From: Candidatus Latescibacterota bacterium
GTDB lineage: Bacteria; Latescibacterota; UBA2968; UBA8231
DNA length: 64,000 nucleotides
Reading direction: 5' to 3'
Assembly: GCA_965217585.1 (NCBI GenBank)
Contig: OZ244561.1
Coordinates: forward strand, 3,264,001-3,328,000
Shown here: positions 37,163 through 46,268 of the stretch, piece after piece
How positions within the stretch are numbered: position 1 is the stretch's first letter
How the letters are laid out: every line of letters begins with the position of its first letter
Translations under genes and position numbers: made by a program
Notes under the pieces: generated by a model
Database searches by the model: none
Seen by the model: only the letters and a program-made list of their open reading frames with translations
What the model was told of the DNA's origin: nothing

Positions 37163-38898
37163 GTGCTCTCGGCTGCCCGCGCCGCTGCCCGCTGCGCCCG
37201 CAGGGCGGCCGTAGCCTCGCGGTCCACGGTTAGGGACCCGTCGAGCACCACCCCGTACTGGTCCCGGGCCGCGGCGAGCGAAACCTTGTCGTTGCCCACG
37301 TCCCGGGCCACGGCCTCGGGGTCGCGCTCCAGCGGGTCGCCCCAACCGCCGCCGCCGGCCTGGCGGTGGTAGATCACTTCGCCGGCGGCCATGGTGGTGG
37401 ATATCATCGTCGGCAGGGTCTCGGCCTCGCCGGCGCGATACAGCGTATTGATCGAAGCCGTGCCGGTCCCGCCCCCGTACAGGCCGTAGGGCAGGTGGTC
37501 GCGCCGGTCCGAGCGGATGGCCAGGTGCGCCTGGCCGTCGAGCAGGCGCCACGACCGCTCGACGGCTAGACCACCGCGGAAACGGCCCGGCCCGCCGCTG
37601 TCGCCCACCAGCCCATAGCGCTCCACCCGCACCGGGTACTCGGATTCGGCCTGCTCCACGGGGATATTGCTGGCGACATTGGCCGGATTGCACAGCCCGT
37701 CGTTGCCGTCGCGGTCCGGCCGGCCGCCCCAGGTCCCCGACAGCAGCTCGTAGTACACGTAGGGCTGGCGATCGGACCGCTGCCCCCCGATAATCACCAG
37801 GGTATTGCCCCCTTCGCCGGCGGCCATGACCCGATCGGGCAGCAGTCCGGCCAGAGCCCCGAAGATCGTATCGGCCAGGCGGAAGCCGGTGATGCCGCGC
37901 ATGGACGAAGCCGCGGGCATGACTCCGTTGACCACGGTGCCGGGCGGGGCGACAATATCGAGGGGGCGGAACATGCCCGCGGTGTTGGGGATATCCTCGC
38001 GCAGCACTGACCGCACGCACAGGGCCACCACCGAAGACGTGAAGGAGAGCGTGTTGTTGATGGCCCCGCTCACCTGCGGAGCAGTGCCGGTGAAGTCGGC
38101 CCGCAGCTCGTCTCCCGCCACGGTGATTTCCACCTGCAAACGCACCGGCGGCCCTCCCACCCCGTCGCTGTCCATATAGTCGACAAAGGTGTGGCTGCCG
38201 TCGGGCCAGGAGGCGATTTCGGCCCGCACCAGTCGCTCGGTATAGTCGATCAGATCCGCGGTGCAGCGCGCAAAGGTGTCGGGGCCGTAGCGGCCGATCA
38301 ACTCGCCTATGGCCCGGGCGCCGATGTGGCAGGCCGCTAGCTGGGCCCGCAAGTCTCCAATGGTCATCTGCGGTACCCGCACATTGGCGCGGATCAGGGC
38401 GAACAGGGCCTCGTCGGCCTCGCCCCGGCGGTAGAGCTTGAGCCAGGGGATGCGCAAACCTTCCTGAAAAATCTCCGTATTGTCGCAGGCCGAACTCCCC
38501 GGCAAACGGCCGCCCAGATCGAGGTGGTGGGCCGTGCTCACGGCGAAGGCCACGCACCGGCCCTCCCAGAAGACGGGCTGGACAATGAAGATGTCCGGGA
38601 TGTGCATGCCTCCTTCAAAAGGATCGTTGAGGATGAAGACATCGCCCTCTTCCACATCGTCGCCGTACTTGGCCAGCAGGGTCTCCATGGCAAAGGGCAC
38701 CGCGCCCAAATGCAGCGGAATGGTGACGCCCTGGGCGATCATCTGGCCCTCGGCATCGCACAGGGAAGTCGAGTAGTCCAGACAGTCCCGCACAATGGTC
38801 GAATAGGCCGTGCGGTAGAGCGCCATGGCCATTTCGTCGGCCGCCGAAGCTAGGGCGTTGCGCACGATTTCGCGCGTGATCGGATCTATGGTCGCCAT
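37159..38898 (-). CDS. Hydantoinase B/oxoprolinase
   Basis: DPITREI, RTAYS, NDPFEGGMHIPD, EIFQEGL, GGGGWGDP.ERDP. Confidence 0.93.
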   Translation of the reverse strand: MATIDPITREIVRNALASAADEMAMALYRTAYSTIVRDCLDYSTSLCDAEGQMIAQGVTIPLHLGAVPFAMETLLAKYGDDVEEGDVFILNDPFEGGMHIPDIFIVQPVFWEGRCVAFAVSTAHHLDLGGRLPGSSACDNTEIFQEGLRIPWLKLYRRGEADEALFALIRANVRVPQMTIGDLRAQLAACHIGARAIGELIGRYGPDTFARCTADLIDYTERLVRAEIASWPDGSHTFVDYMDSDGVGGPPVRLQVEITVAGDELRADFTGTAPQVSGAINNTLSFTSSVVALCVRSVLREDIPNTAGMFRPLDIVAPPGTVVNGVMPAASSMRGITGFRLADTIFGALAGLLPDRVMAAGEGGNTLVIIGGQRSDRQPYVYYELLSGTWGGRPDRDGNDGLCNPANVASNIPVEQAESEYPVRVERYGLVGDSGGPGRFRGGLAVERSWRLLDGQAHLAIRSDRRDHLPYGLYGGGTGTASINTLYRAGEAETLPTMISTTMAAGEVIYHRQAGGGGWGDPLERDPEAVARDVGNDKVSLAAARDQYGVVLDGSLTVDREATAALRAQRAAARAAEST

Positions 38899-38907
38899 CT
38901 TTCCTCT

Positions 38908-40995
38908 CTAGCTGGAGCGCACTTCGATGAGGAGGTGGCCCAGATCGTGCCGCCGGGCGCGCATATCCGGCGGCACTACAATGGTGGAATCGCGCTCGTC
39001 GATGAGCAGGGGTCCCTCGGCTCCCTGCTCGAGGTCCCGGCGGTCGACCAAGGGGACGGTCAAGGTCTCGCCGGCGAAATAGGCCGTCCGACTGCCCCCG
39101 CTCGCAACGGGCTGGACCGCTGTTTTTAGGCCATGGCCCAGACCGCGCACTCCGGCTTGGCCGACTAGGCGCACGGCCACCACTTCCACGGGGTTGTCCG
39201 GGTCGGAGCGATGCCCGTACAGGCGCTCGTGCTCGCGCACAAAGTCGGCGCGCAAGCGGGCCACTCCCTCCGGGGTTATAGGCCCGTCGGCTAGGTCGAT
39301 GCCGATCTCCGAGGTCTGCCCTCTAAAGCGCACGTCGGCGCTGCAGCGCAGCCCGACTTGGTCGGCTCCGAACCCCTCGGCGGCGAACTGGGCCAACTGC
39401 CGCTCCTGCATCTGGGCCCGGATCTGCTCTAGGGCCGGGGCCTGAAGATCTTCTCCCCCCAGCAGGCAACTGCGCACATCGTGGTGCTCCACCCCCGAAC
39501 ACAAAAGCCCGAGGGCGCTGAACAGACCCGGCAGCGGCGGCACCACGACCTGACCAATGGCCAGGTCCCGAGCCAGGCCCGCGGCGTGGATAGGCCCGGA
39601 CCCGCCAAAAGCCATCAGAGCGAAGTCGCGCGGATCCCGCCCCCGCTCGGTGGACACGGCCCGCAGGGCCCGCATGGTGCGGGCATTGGCAATGCGGTGG
39701 ATGCCTTCGGCCGCCTGCAGCAAATCCAGTCCGAGGGGCGCGGCAATGCGGTCGTGCACCGCCCGCTGCGCAGCCTCCGCGTCGATCGATACCTCGCCGT
39801 CGGCCAGGTCCCCGGGGCGGATATAGCCCAGCACCACATTGGCGTCGGTGAGCGTCGGCTCGAGCCCTCCCCGCTGGTAGCAGGCCGGCCCCGGCACGGC
39901 TCCGGCGCTGCGCGGCCCCACCCGCAAACCGCCGGCCTGGTCCAAAAAGGCGATGCTACCACCTCCTGCCCCCACTTCGGCGATATCGATGCTAGGCGCC
40001 CGGATCAACTCGCCCCCGCCGCCGATGAGCCGGTTGCCCGCGGACAGCGAGGCGCCCACCTCGTACTCGGGGCTGTGGGCAATGCGGCCCTCTTCGATCA
40101 TGGCCGCCTTGGCCGTGGTGCCGCCCATATCTAGGGTGATGACCTGGTCCAATCCCAACTGGCCGGCGGCGAAACTGGCGCCGAGGACCCCGGCCGCGGG
40201 ACCCGATTCGAGGGCAAAGACCGGCCGGCGGGCCGCCTCCCAGTCTGGAGCCAGCCCGCCGGTCGACTGCATGATCAGCAGCGGCGCGTCCACGCCGCGC
40301 TGCTCCAGCCCGTGGCGCAAGGCGCCCAGATAGCGCTGCACCACGGGCTGGACATAGGCGTTGACCGCGGTGGTGGCGCTGCGCTCGTACTCGCGGCGCT
40401 CGGGCAGCACTTCCGACGACAGCGACACCGGCACCCCGGGCAAGCGCTCGCGCAAATACTGTCCCAAGCGGAGTTCGTGCTGCGGAAAGGCGTACGCGTG
40501 CAGCAGGCATACGGCCACGGCCTCTACCCCCTCGGCTTCGAGTCGCTCACCGAGCTGCTCGAGTTCTCGCTCTTCGAGGGCCACCAGGACCTCGCCGTCG
40601 GCTGCCACCCGCTCGTCCACTTCGAGGCGCAGGCGGCGCTCGATTAGGGGCCGAGGTTTGTCGAAGAACAAATCGTAGAGTTGGGGGGCTCGGACGCGGC
40701 GCAGCTCCAGCACATCGCGGAAACCCCGGGTGGTGATCAGGGCCGTGCGCGCGCCCCGGTGTTCGAGCACCGCGTTGGTGGCCACTGTGGTGCCGTGCGC
40801 CACCTCGGACACGGCCCGGTCCGCAGCACTGAAGCGGGGTATGAGCTGGTCGAGGGCAGATAGCACGGCGCGCTCGAAATGGGGCGGGGTTGACGGCACT
40901 TTGTGGGTCCAGATGCCGCCCCGATCGTCGAGGGCCACCACGTCGGTGAAAGTGCCTCCGACATCGGCGCCAATGCGGATAGTAGAGCGGGTCAT
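38908..40995 (-). CDS. Hydantoinase A/oxoprolinase
   Basis: DVGGTFTD, HGTTVATN, SGPAAG, DMGGTT, GPRSAGAVPGP. Confidence 0.93.
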   Translation of the reverse strand: MTRSTIRIGADVGGTFTDVVALDDRGGIWTHKVPSTPPHFERAVLSALDQLIPRFSAADRAVSEVAHGTTVATNAVLEHRGARTALITTRGFRDVLELRRVRAPQLYDLFFDKPRPLIERRLRLEVDERVAADGEVLVALEERELEQLGERLEAEGVEAVAVCLLHAYAFPQHELRLGQYLRERLPGVPVSLSSEVLPERREYERSATTAVNAYVQPVVQRYLGALRHGLEQRGVDAPLLIMQSTGGLAPDWEAARRPVFALESGPAAGVLGASFAAGQLGLDQVITLDMGGTTAKAAMIEEGRIAHSPEYEVGASLSAGNRLIGGGGELIRAPSIDIAEVGAGGGSIAFLDQAGGLRVGPRSAGAVPGPACYQRGGLEPTLTDANVVLGYIRPGDLADGEVSIDAEAAQRAVHDRIAAPLGLDLLQAAEGIHRIANARTMRALRAVSTERGRDPRDFALMAFGGSGPIHAAGLARDLAIGQVVVPPLPGLFSALGLLCSGVEHHDVRSCLLGGEDLQAPALEQIRAQMQERQLAQFAAEGFGADQVGLRCSADVRFRGQTSEIGIDLADGPITPEGVARLRADFVREHERLYGHRSDPDNPVEVVAVRLVGQAGVRGLGHGLKTAVQPVASGGSRTAYFAGETLTVPLVDRRDLEQGAEGPLLIDERDSTIVVPPDMRARRHDLGHLLIEVRSS

Positions 40996-42647
40996 GGGCG
41001 CGGTATCACCGGCAGGATCAGGTGGGAGGGATGGGCTCGGTCGTGGCAGATCCGCTGCCGGGCCACTTGCATCTCGTCGTCCAAACCGTGCGGATAGCCG
41101 GTGTTGAGGTTGCGGTCAAAGCGCGGGAAATTGCTGCTGGAGACCTCCAGCCGGATGCAGTGCCCGGCCCGGAAGAGATTGCTGGTCTCCCACAGCTCGA
41201 TCCGATAGACGTACACCTGACCTGGTTCGATGGGCCTGGGGTCTTGGTAGGAGTCGCGGAAGCAGGTCCGCACAATGCCCTCGCACAAGTGGATGGCCTT
41301 GCCCCCGGGGTGCACGTCGATTAGGGCGGCGGTAAAATCGGTCTCCACCGCGCTGGAGGCTGCGTGCAGCACCAGTTCCACCGGCCCGGTAACTTCCACG
41401 TCCGCGGCCAGCGGCTCGGTGGTGTAGACCAGCACGTCGTCGCGCTGCTCTACCGGCCGGCGATCTTTGGGTCCGGTGTTGTCGATGAACATGCTCTGTC
41501 CCCCGAGGGTGGGCACTGGGTCGTCCGGATCGTAGGTATAGCCGTCGCACGGCTCGTCCCCGGGCTCCTGGCGGCTCAGCCGTCCATCGCCATGCACCGA
41601 GTTGGCCCGCCCTCCGCTGTGCAAAAAGAAGTGGATGTACTGGGTCCGCTTTAGGGGCCACGCCTCTTCGCCCCGCCAAACATTTTCCCCCATGACGAAC
41701 AACTGCACCGGCGCCTCCCGGTCGATGCCGCTGTCCACGCCCTTGAGTCGCTGATCGTACCAGCGCAAATGCGCCTGCGGCATATCCACCCGGGCCGCGG
41801 GTCCAAAGTCCACAGCGCCAAAGGGATCGTCGCTGCCGATCAGCGTATGGGTCCACGGTCCCACCATGAGGCGCGATTGCTCGCGGGCTTCCCGCCCCCT
41901 GGCCTGTTGCCGCCAGCCCTTGAAGCACTTGAAAACTTCGTGCAGCAAATTGTCGTACCAGCCCGTGATGAAATAGGCCGGCGTTTCCACCTCGCCGTAC
42001 TGGCCCTTCATGCTGTGCGAAGCCCAGAACTCGTCGAAGCAGGGGTGGCGAATGATCTCCCGGTAGAAGGGCCGTTCGCCCAGGTCGTCGAGCGCCGTCA
42101 ACAGCGGCAGGCGGCGGTAGACCCGATCCCAGTCGAGCAGATCCCTGGGAGCGTTCTGGTTGGTGCGCTGACCCAGCCAGATGAAATTCATGGCGTTTTG
42201 CAACTGCAAAATGCCGTTGTAGCGCATGTGGCCGTAGTTGTCCTCCTGGTTGGCGATAGGCACGAGGGCTTTGACATAAGGGCTGCGCAGCGGCGCCGGC
42301 AGGAGCTGGGTGAAACCCGGATAGGACACCCCAAAGGTGCCGATGGTGCCGTCGCACCAGGGCTGCTGTCCGATCCACTGCTGCGTATCGTACCCATCGT
42401 CGCGCTCGTCGACATAGGGGTGCCATTCGTCCTCCGACTCGTACCGGCCCCGGCTGTCCTGCATGAGTACGGCGTACCCTTCCGCCACAAAGCGCCGGGC
42501 CCACTCCACGTAGCGGGGATGCTGGGTGCTGTAGGGCGAGCGGATCAGCAGCACGGGGAAGCGCTCCCCCGCGGCCGGCCGGTACAGGGCTCCGTAGAGC
42601 CGCACCCCGTCGCGCATGGGTATCGAAATATCGAGCTGAATGCGCAT
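40992..42647 (-). CDS. CocE/NonD-family hydrolase
   Basis: MRDGVRL, RSPY, QDSRGR, GVSYPG, GWYD, GPWTH, SSSNFPRFDRN. Confidence 0.93.
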   Translation of the reverse strand: MRIQLDISIPMRDGVRLYGALYRPAAGERFPVLLIRSPYSTQHPRYVEWARRFVAEGYAVLMQDSRGRYESEDEWHPYVDERDDGYDTQQWIGQQPWCDGTIGTFGVSYPGFTQLLPAPLRSPYVKALVPIANQEDNYGHMRYNGILQLQNAMNFIWLGQRTNQNAPRDLLDWDRVYRRLPLLTALDDLGERPFYREIIRHPCFDEFWASHSMKGQYGEVETPAYFITGWYDNLLHEVFKCFKGWRQQARGREAREQSRLMVGPWTHTLIGSDDPFGAVDFGPAARVDMPQAHLRWYDQRLKGVDSGIDREAPVQLFVMGENVWRGEEAWPLKRTQYIHFFLHSGGRANSVHGDGRLSRQEPGDEPCDGYTYDPDDPVPTLGGQSMFIDNTGPKDRRPVEQRDDVLVYTTEPLAADVEVTGPVELVLHAASSAVETDFTAALIDVHPGGKAIHLCEGIVRTCFRDSYQDPRPIEPGQVYVYRIELWETSNLFRAGHCIRLEVSSSNFPRFDRNLNTGYPHGLDDEMQVARQRICHDRAHPSHLILPVIPRP

Positions 42648-42762
42648 CCTCTTAGTACCTCTTGTCTTTGTCGAGGAGATCGCTGGCGAGAAAGCGCCGC
42701 ACGGTCTGGCGTTTACGGCGATTTAAGGTAGTTTAGCAGGGAAGTTGAGACAAGATAGTCTA

Positions 42763-43018
42763 ATGGATCCCAATCGCGAACTAGGGAAAATCATCCTCAT
42801 CAACGGCGCGTCGAGTTCGGGAAAGTCGACGCTTGCACGCCAGCTACAGCAGACGCTACCAATCCCATTCTGGCACTTTTCGTTTCGCTGAATACGATCT
42901 GGAAATTGACTCGACGCAGCCGTGCCAGATCAATGTAAACACACTGGTCGATGCTTGGAAATCTCGCCGACCCCCTAGCGCATTTGAGCGAATGGCTGCG
43001 CAAAAAGGCACTAGCTGA
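42763..43018 (+). pseudogene. Chloramphenicol-phosphotransferase-like kinase with internal deletion
   Basis: KIILINGASSSGKSTLA...PFWHFS joined out of frame to YDLEIDST...PSAF. Confidence 0.7.
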
Positions 43019-43036
43019 TTTAGGAGATAGCTTCTT

Positions 43037-43549
43037 GTGTCCAGAGTATTCAGAAATGCCCATTCCGATGATGTGAGGGGTATCGCTGAAGTCCATGTTC
43101 GTTCTTGGCAGGCCGCTTATCGAGGGCAGGTTCCTGATTCGTATCTTGAAGGGCTGTCGGTTGAGAAGCGGGAGTTGGTGTGGATTGAAATTCTAAAGGA
43201 TCAGATGCGTGGTGTTCTGGTAGCAGAAGATGAGGTGAGAATTGTTGGATTTGCGAGCTTTGGTCCTGTCCGCGATGAAGAGGAAAACAGACTCCTGACT
43301 GGAGAGATCTATTCGATCTACGTGCTGGAAGAATTCTGGAATCGTGGAATCGGCAGAACACTGATGGAAGACTCTTTGATAGCTCTGGAGAGGGATGGCT
43401 TTGGCTCCGTGAAAGTCTGGGTCTTGGAAACCAATCAAAGAGCCAGATCTTTCTACGAGAAGTTTGGATTCAAAACCGACGGTTTGAGAAAGACTGAAAA
43501 GCGAGATGATTTCGAACTGCGAGAGATTCGGTACGGCATGATCCTTTGA
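43037..43549 (+). CDS. GNAT acetyltransferase
   Basis: WQAAYRG, IYV...WNRGIG, N.RARSFYEKFGF. Confidence 0.88.
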   Translation: MSRVFRNAHSDDVRGIAEVHVRSWQAAYRGQVPDSYLEGLSVEKRELVWIEILKDQMRGVLVAEDEVRIVGFASFGPVRDEEENRLLTGEIYSIYVLEEFWNRGIGRTLMEDSLIALERDGFGSVKVWVLETNQRARSFYEKFGFKTDGLRKTEKRDDFELREIRYGMIL

Positions 43550-43606
43550 ATAAATCTGACGCTGACGCCGTATCATATGGTGTCTTTATGAAAGAAAGAG
43601 CGCGGC

Positions 43607-43693
43607 AGCTAACTCGCCAGGCTACGGCTTGGCGCATTCGCTGTCTCCTACCCAACCTGTAGCGCAGGTTAGCAGCCCGAGCGAACGTTGGAG
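43607..43693 (+). other. Degenerate attC site
   Basis: AGCTAAC-TCGCCAGGCT...CCCAACC..GCGC core...AGCCCGAGCGAAC-GTTGGAG. Confidence 0.6.
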
Positions 43694-43716
43694 GCCATGT
43701 GGCCAATGCAAAGACC

Positions 43717-43745
43717 TTGCGTGCTATACGCCATTGGCGTATACT
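43717..43745 (+). promoter_or_regulatory. TA promoter with operator palindrome
   Basis: TTGCGT-17 bp-TATACT; palindrome TATACGCCA-T-TGGCGTATA at 43725-43743. Confidence 0.7.
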
Positions 43746-43751
43746 GGGTAT

Positions 43752-44071
43752 ATGGTCTTCATCGAAACCCCAATCTTCACAAAGGAGATCTTGACGCTAT
43801 TACCCGATGAGGGCTACCGAGCAATACAGCTCGCGCTCCTATTCCGCCCGGAATCAGGAGAGATAATTCCGGGTAGTGGTGGATTGCGAAAATTGAGATG
43901 GAAGTTGCCGCATGCTGGCCAACGGGGCGGTCTTCGCGTGATCTACTATTGGGACAAGCCAGCCGAGGTCCTTTATATGCTGTGGGTGTATCGCAAGAGC
44001 CGACAGGAAGAGATCTCACCCCTCGACAGAGCAAGCTGCTTAGTAAACTCGTAAAGGAGTATCTGGCATGA
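43752..44071 (+). pseudogene. RelE/HigB-2-like toxin with late frameshift
   Basis: FIETPIF, IPGSGGLRKLRW, GGLRVIYY; the expected tail DLTPRQSKLLSKLVKEYLA is out of frame at GAAGAGAT (~44008). Confidence 0.8.
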
Positions 44072-44358
44072 ATGAGCGCGACTTTGACCAACTTGTATCC
44101 AGCGTCAAGCAAGCCGGAGCGATCAAGCTCGGCAAGATGAAGCCAGGGCGCAGGGTCCAGATGGATCCCGCCGATATCAAGATGATCCGCAAGAAGCTGA
44201 ATAAATCGCAGTCTGAATTCGCCCTGATGATTGGTGTCAGCGTCTCTACTTTGCAGAATTGGGAGCAGGGACGCCGTCGACCCGAGGGCCCTGCTCGGGC
44301 TCTGCTGAAGATTGCTTCGGAGAATCCCGAGACAGTGGCGCAGTCGTTAAGCGCTTAA
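44068..44358 (+). CDS. HigA/NadS-like HTH antitoxin
   Basis: SQSEFA.MIGVSVSTLQNWEQGRRRPEGPARALL. Confidence 0.9.
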   Translation: MNERDFDQLVSSVKQAGAIKLGKMKPGRRVQMDPADIKMIRKKLNKSQSEFALMIGVSVSTLQNWEQGRRRPEGPARALLKIASENPETVAQSLSA

Positions 44359-44393
44359 GCACAGCCACTCAACTCCGCCCCTGACCACAACCC

Positions 44394-44475
44394 CTCTAAC
44401 AACGTAACCCCAGCTTCGGGGTGTCCGGCTCTTTGCGCAACCGCTGCGCAGTTCGGGGACACAGAAGCGTTACCG
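44394..44475 (+). other. attC site
   Basis: CTCTAAC...AACCCC / GGGGACAC...GTTACCG; core CAACCGCTGCGCAGTTCG. Confidence 0.7.
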
Positions 44476-44509
44476 GCAACAGCGATGAGGAGGAGAGGAC
44501 TTTGTCGAT

Positions 44510-44851
44510 ATGATGTTCAGGATTCGAAGATATCGGGTCGTCCCCGGCAAGACAGAAGCGTTCAACGACTTTTTCCTGACGAGACTGTTTCCCGTTCAGA
44601 AGAGGTATGGAGCCCGTCTCGTCGGTCGTTTTCAAACAGACGATGGACTCCAGATCGTAGCCGTATGGGTTTACCAGAGCTTCGACCACTACAAAGAGGT
44701 GCAGAGCTTGGTCGCCGAGGATGCCGATTCGATTGCGGCTCAAGAGTATCGGCGACAGGTGTTGGATCCGCTCTTCACAGAGACGGATGAGTCCTTCATG
44801 ACTCCAACGGTACCAATGGCATTGACGGAACTCTCTCACTTGGAAGCATGA
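44510..44851 (+). CDS. NIPSNAP-family protein
   Basis: RIRRYRVVPGK..F, YGARLVGRF. Confidence 0.75.
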   Translation: MMFRIRRYRVVPGKTEAFNDFFLTRLFPVQKRYGARLVGRFQTDDGLQIVAVWVYQSFDHYKEVQSLVAEDADSIAAQEYRRQVLDPLFTETDESFMTPTVPMALTELSHLEA

Positions 44852-44876
44852 ACGCATCTCAAGACACAAAAAGAAA

Positions 44877-45431
44877 ATGGTAGTCCTAGAACCATTTAGC
44901 GAAGCGGACTTCGACAGGTTGATTGGTTGGATCCCGTCCAGTGACTTTCTTTTGCAATGGGCTGGACCGGACTTTGAGTATCCGCTTAATCGCGAACAGC
45001 TAAACGAATATCTGACGGGTGCTCAGGGCGACTTGCCAAGCAAGCTGATCTACAAGGTCGTAGATAGTGAGAATGGGACGGCAATTGGGCACATTGAGCT
45101 GGCGGCGATTGATCGTCGCAACAGATGTGCCCGCGTGTGTCGGGTACTCGTTGGCGACCCTTCTTACAGAGGAAGGGGCATTGGAACGGTTATGATGGAG
45201 AAGATCGTTGAAGTCGGCTTTTGTCGGCTTGGCCTCCATCGCATTGAGCTGTCCGTGTTCGACTTCAACACAAGTGCCATACGCTGCTACGAGAAGGTCG
45301 GATTTGTGAAGGAAGGACACCTGAGAGAATGCCGAAGGACCGACGATGGATATTGGAGTTTCTATATAATGGCTATCTTGAGGTACGAGTGGGAAAGCAG
45401 TAGAAACGAGCTAGGGACGGAGTTGGCGTGA
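44877..45431 (+). CDS. RimJ/RimL-type GNAT acetyltransferase
   Basis: QWAGP.F.YPL, RGRGIG, VFDFN.SAIRCYEKVGF..EG. Confidence 0.88.
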   Translation: MVVLEPFSEADFDRLIGWIPSSDFLLQWAGPDFEYPLNREQLNEYLTGAQGDLPSKLIYKVVDSENGTAIGHIELAAIDRRNRCARVCRVLVGDPSYRGRGIGTVMMEKIVEVGFCRLGLHRIELSVFDFNTSAIRCYEKVGFVKEGHLRECRRTDDGYWSFYIMAILRYEWESSRNELGTELA

Positions 45432-45467
45432 TGTGGAGGCTTCTTAGGACTTTAGCCTAACGTTAAG

Positions 45468-46244
45468 ATGATGAAACGCGACCACCGCCTCCGGCTGCTC
45501 GCCTACCTGACGATTGTCTTCTGGACGGTCATTTTCCTGCAGCCATCCATTCCGCAAGACCCCGCCTATCACCAGTTCGCCGATCAGCGCACCTTGTTCG
45601 GCATCCCCCATTGCCTGAACGTGATCTCCAACCTGCCCTTTCTGTTGGTGGGTATATGGGGATTCAGTGTCGTATTCCGCCTCGCCACAGACCCCGAGCA
45701 GCAGGCGTTCGTGCGTCCGGCCGACTCGCTGGCGTATCAGACTCTCTTTCTCGCGGTGGCGCTGGTCGGCCTCGGCTCCACCTACTACCATCTAGCCCCC
45801 AGCAACGAAACGCTCCTGTGGGATCGCCTGCCGATGAGCATTGCCTTTATGGCGTTTCTCGCTACTGCGATCACCGAGCGCCTGGACCGGCGCGCTGGCA
45901 TCATCACCTTGCTGCCGCTGATCGCCTTCGGCCTTTTCAGCGTGTTGTACTGGCATTATACCGAGCAGGCCGGAGCCGGCGATCTCCGTTATTACATCGT
46001 CGCCCAGGCCTACCCGATTTTGTTCGTGCCCCTCATGGTTCGACTGCTGCCGTCGCCGTACACGCGCGGGTCCGATCTCTACGTCGCCGGCCTGTTTTAT
46101 CTGCTCGCGAAAGCCGCCGAGGTATTTGACCAAGACCTCTACGCGGCCGGAGGATTAATTAGCGGTCATACTTGCAAGCACCTGCTCGGTGCCTTGGGAG
46201 CCTATTGGGTGCTGCGCATGATCCGGCTGCGGCGGCTGCGCTGA
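45468..46244 (+). CDS. Alkaline ceramidase-like membrane protein
   Basis: QDPAYHQFADQR, NVISN, GSTYYH, WDRLPM, SGHTCKH. Confidence 0.85.
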   Translation: MMKRDHRLRLLAYLTIVFWTVIFLQPSIPQDPAYHQFADQRTLFGIPHCLNVISNLPFLLVGIWGFSVVFRLATDPEQQAFVRPADSLAYQTLFLAVALVGLGSTYYHLAPSNETLLWDRLPMSIAFMAFLATAITERLDRRAGIITLLPLIAFGLFSVLYWHYTEQAGAGDLRYYIVAQAYPILFVPLMVRLLPSPYTRGSDLYVAGLFYLLAKAAEVFDQDLYAAGGLISGHTCKHLLGALGAYWVLRMIRLRRLR

Positions 46245-46268
46245 TTAGTTAGTTTGTCAAGGATACCT

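Noticed and set aside
35555-38557. 1000-aa ORF suggesting a large fusion protein
   Set aside because: The first ~465 aa are an Arg/Gly/Pro-rich alternate frame over hydantoinase B; the real gene starts at 37162.
42700-42762. Possible sixth promoter/attI module before the second + strand run
   Set aside because: Only CGGCGATT and a GTTGAGA match; too little to support.
11757-44475. Recurrent palindromic intergenic repeats as a CRISPR array
   Set aside because: They are variable, separated by whole genes, have AAC...GTT ends and no cas genes; they fit attC.
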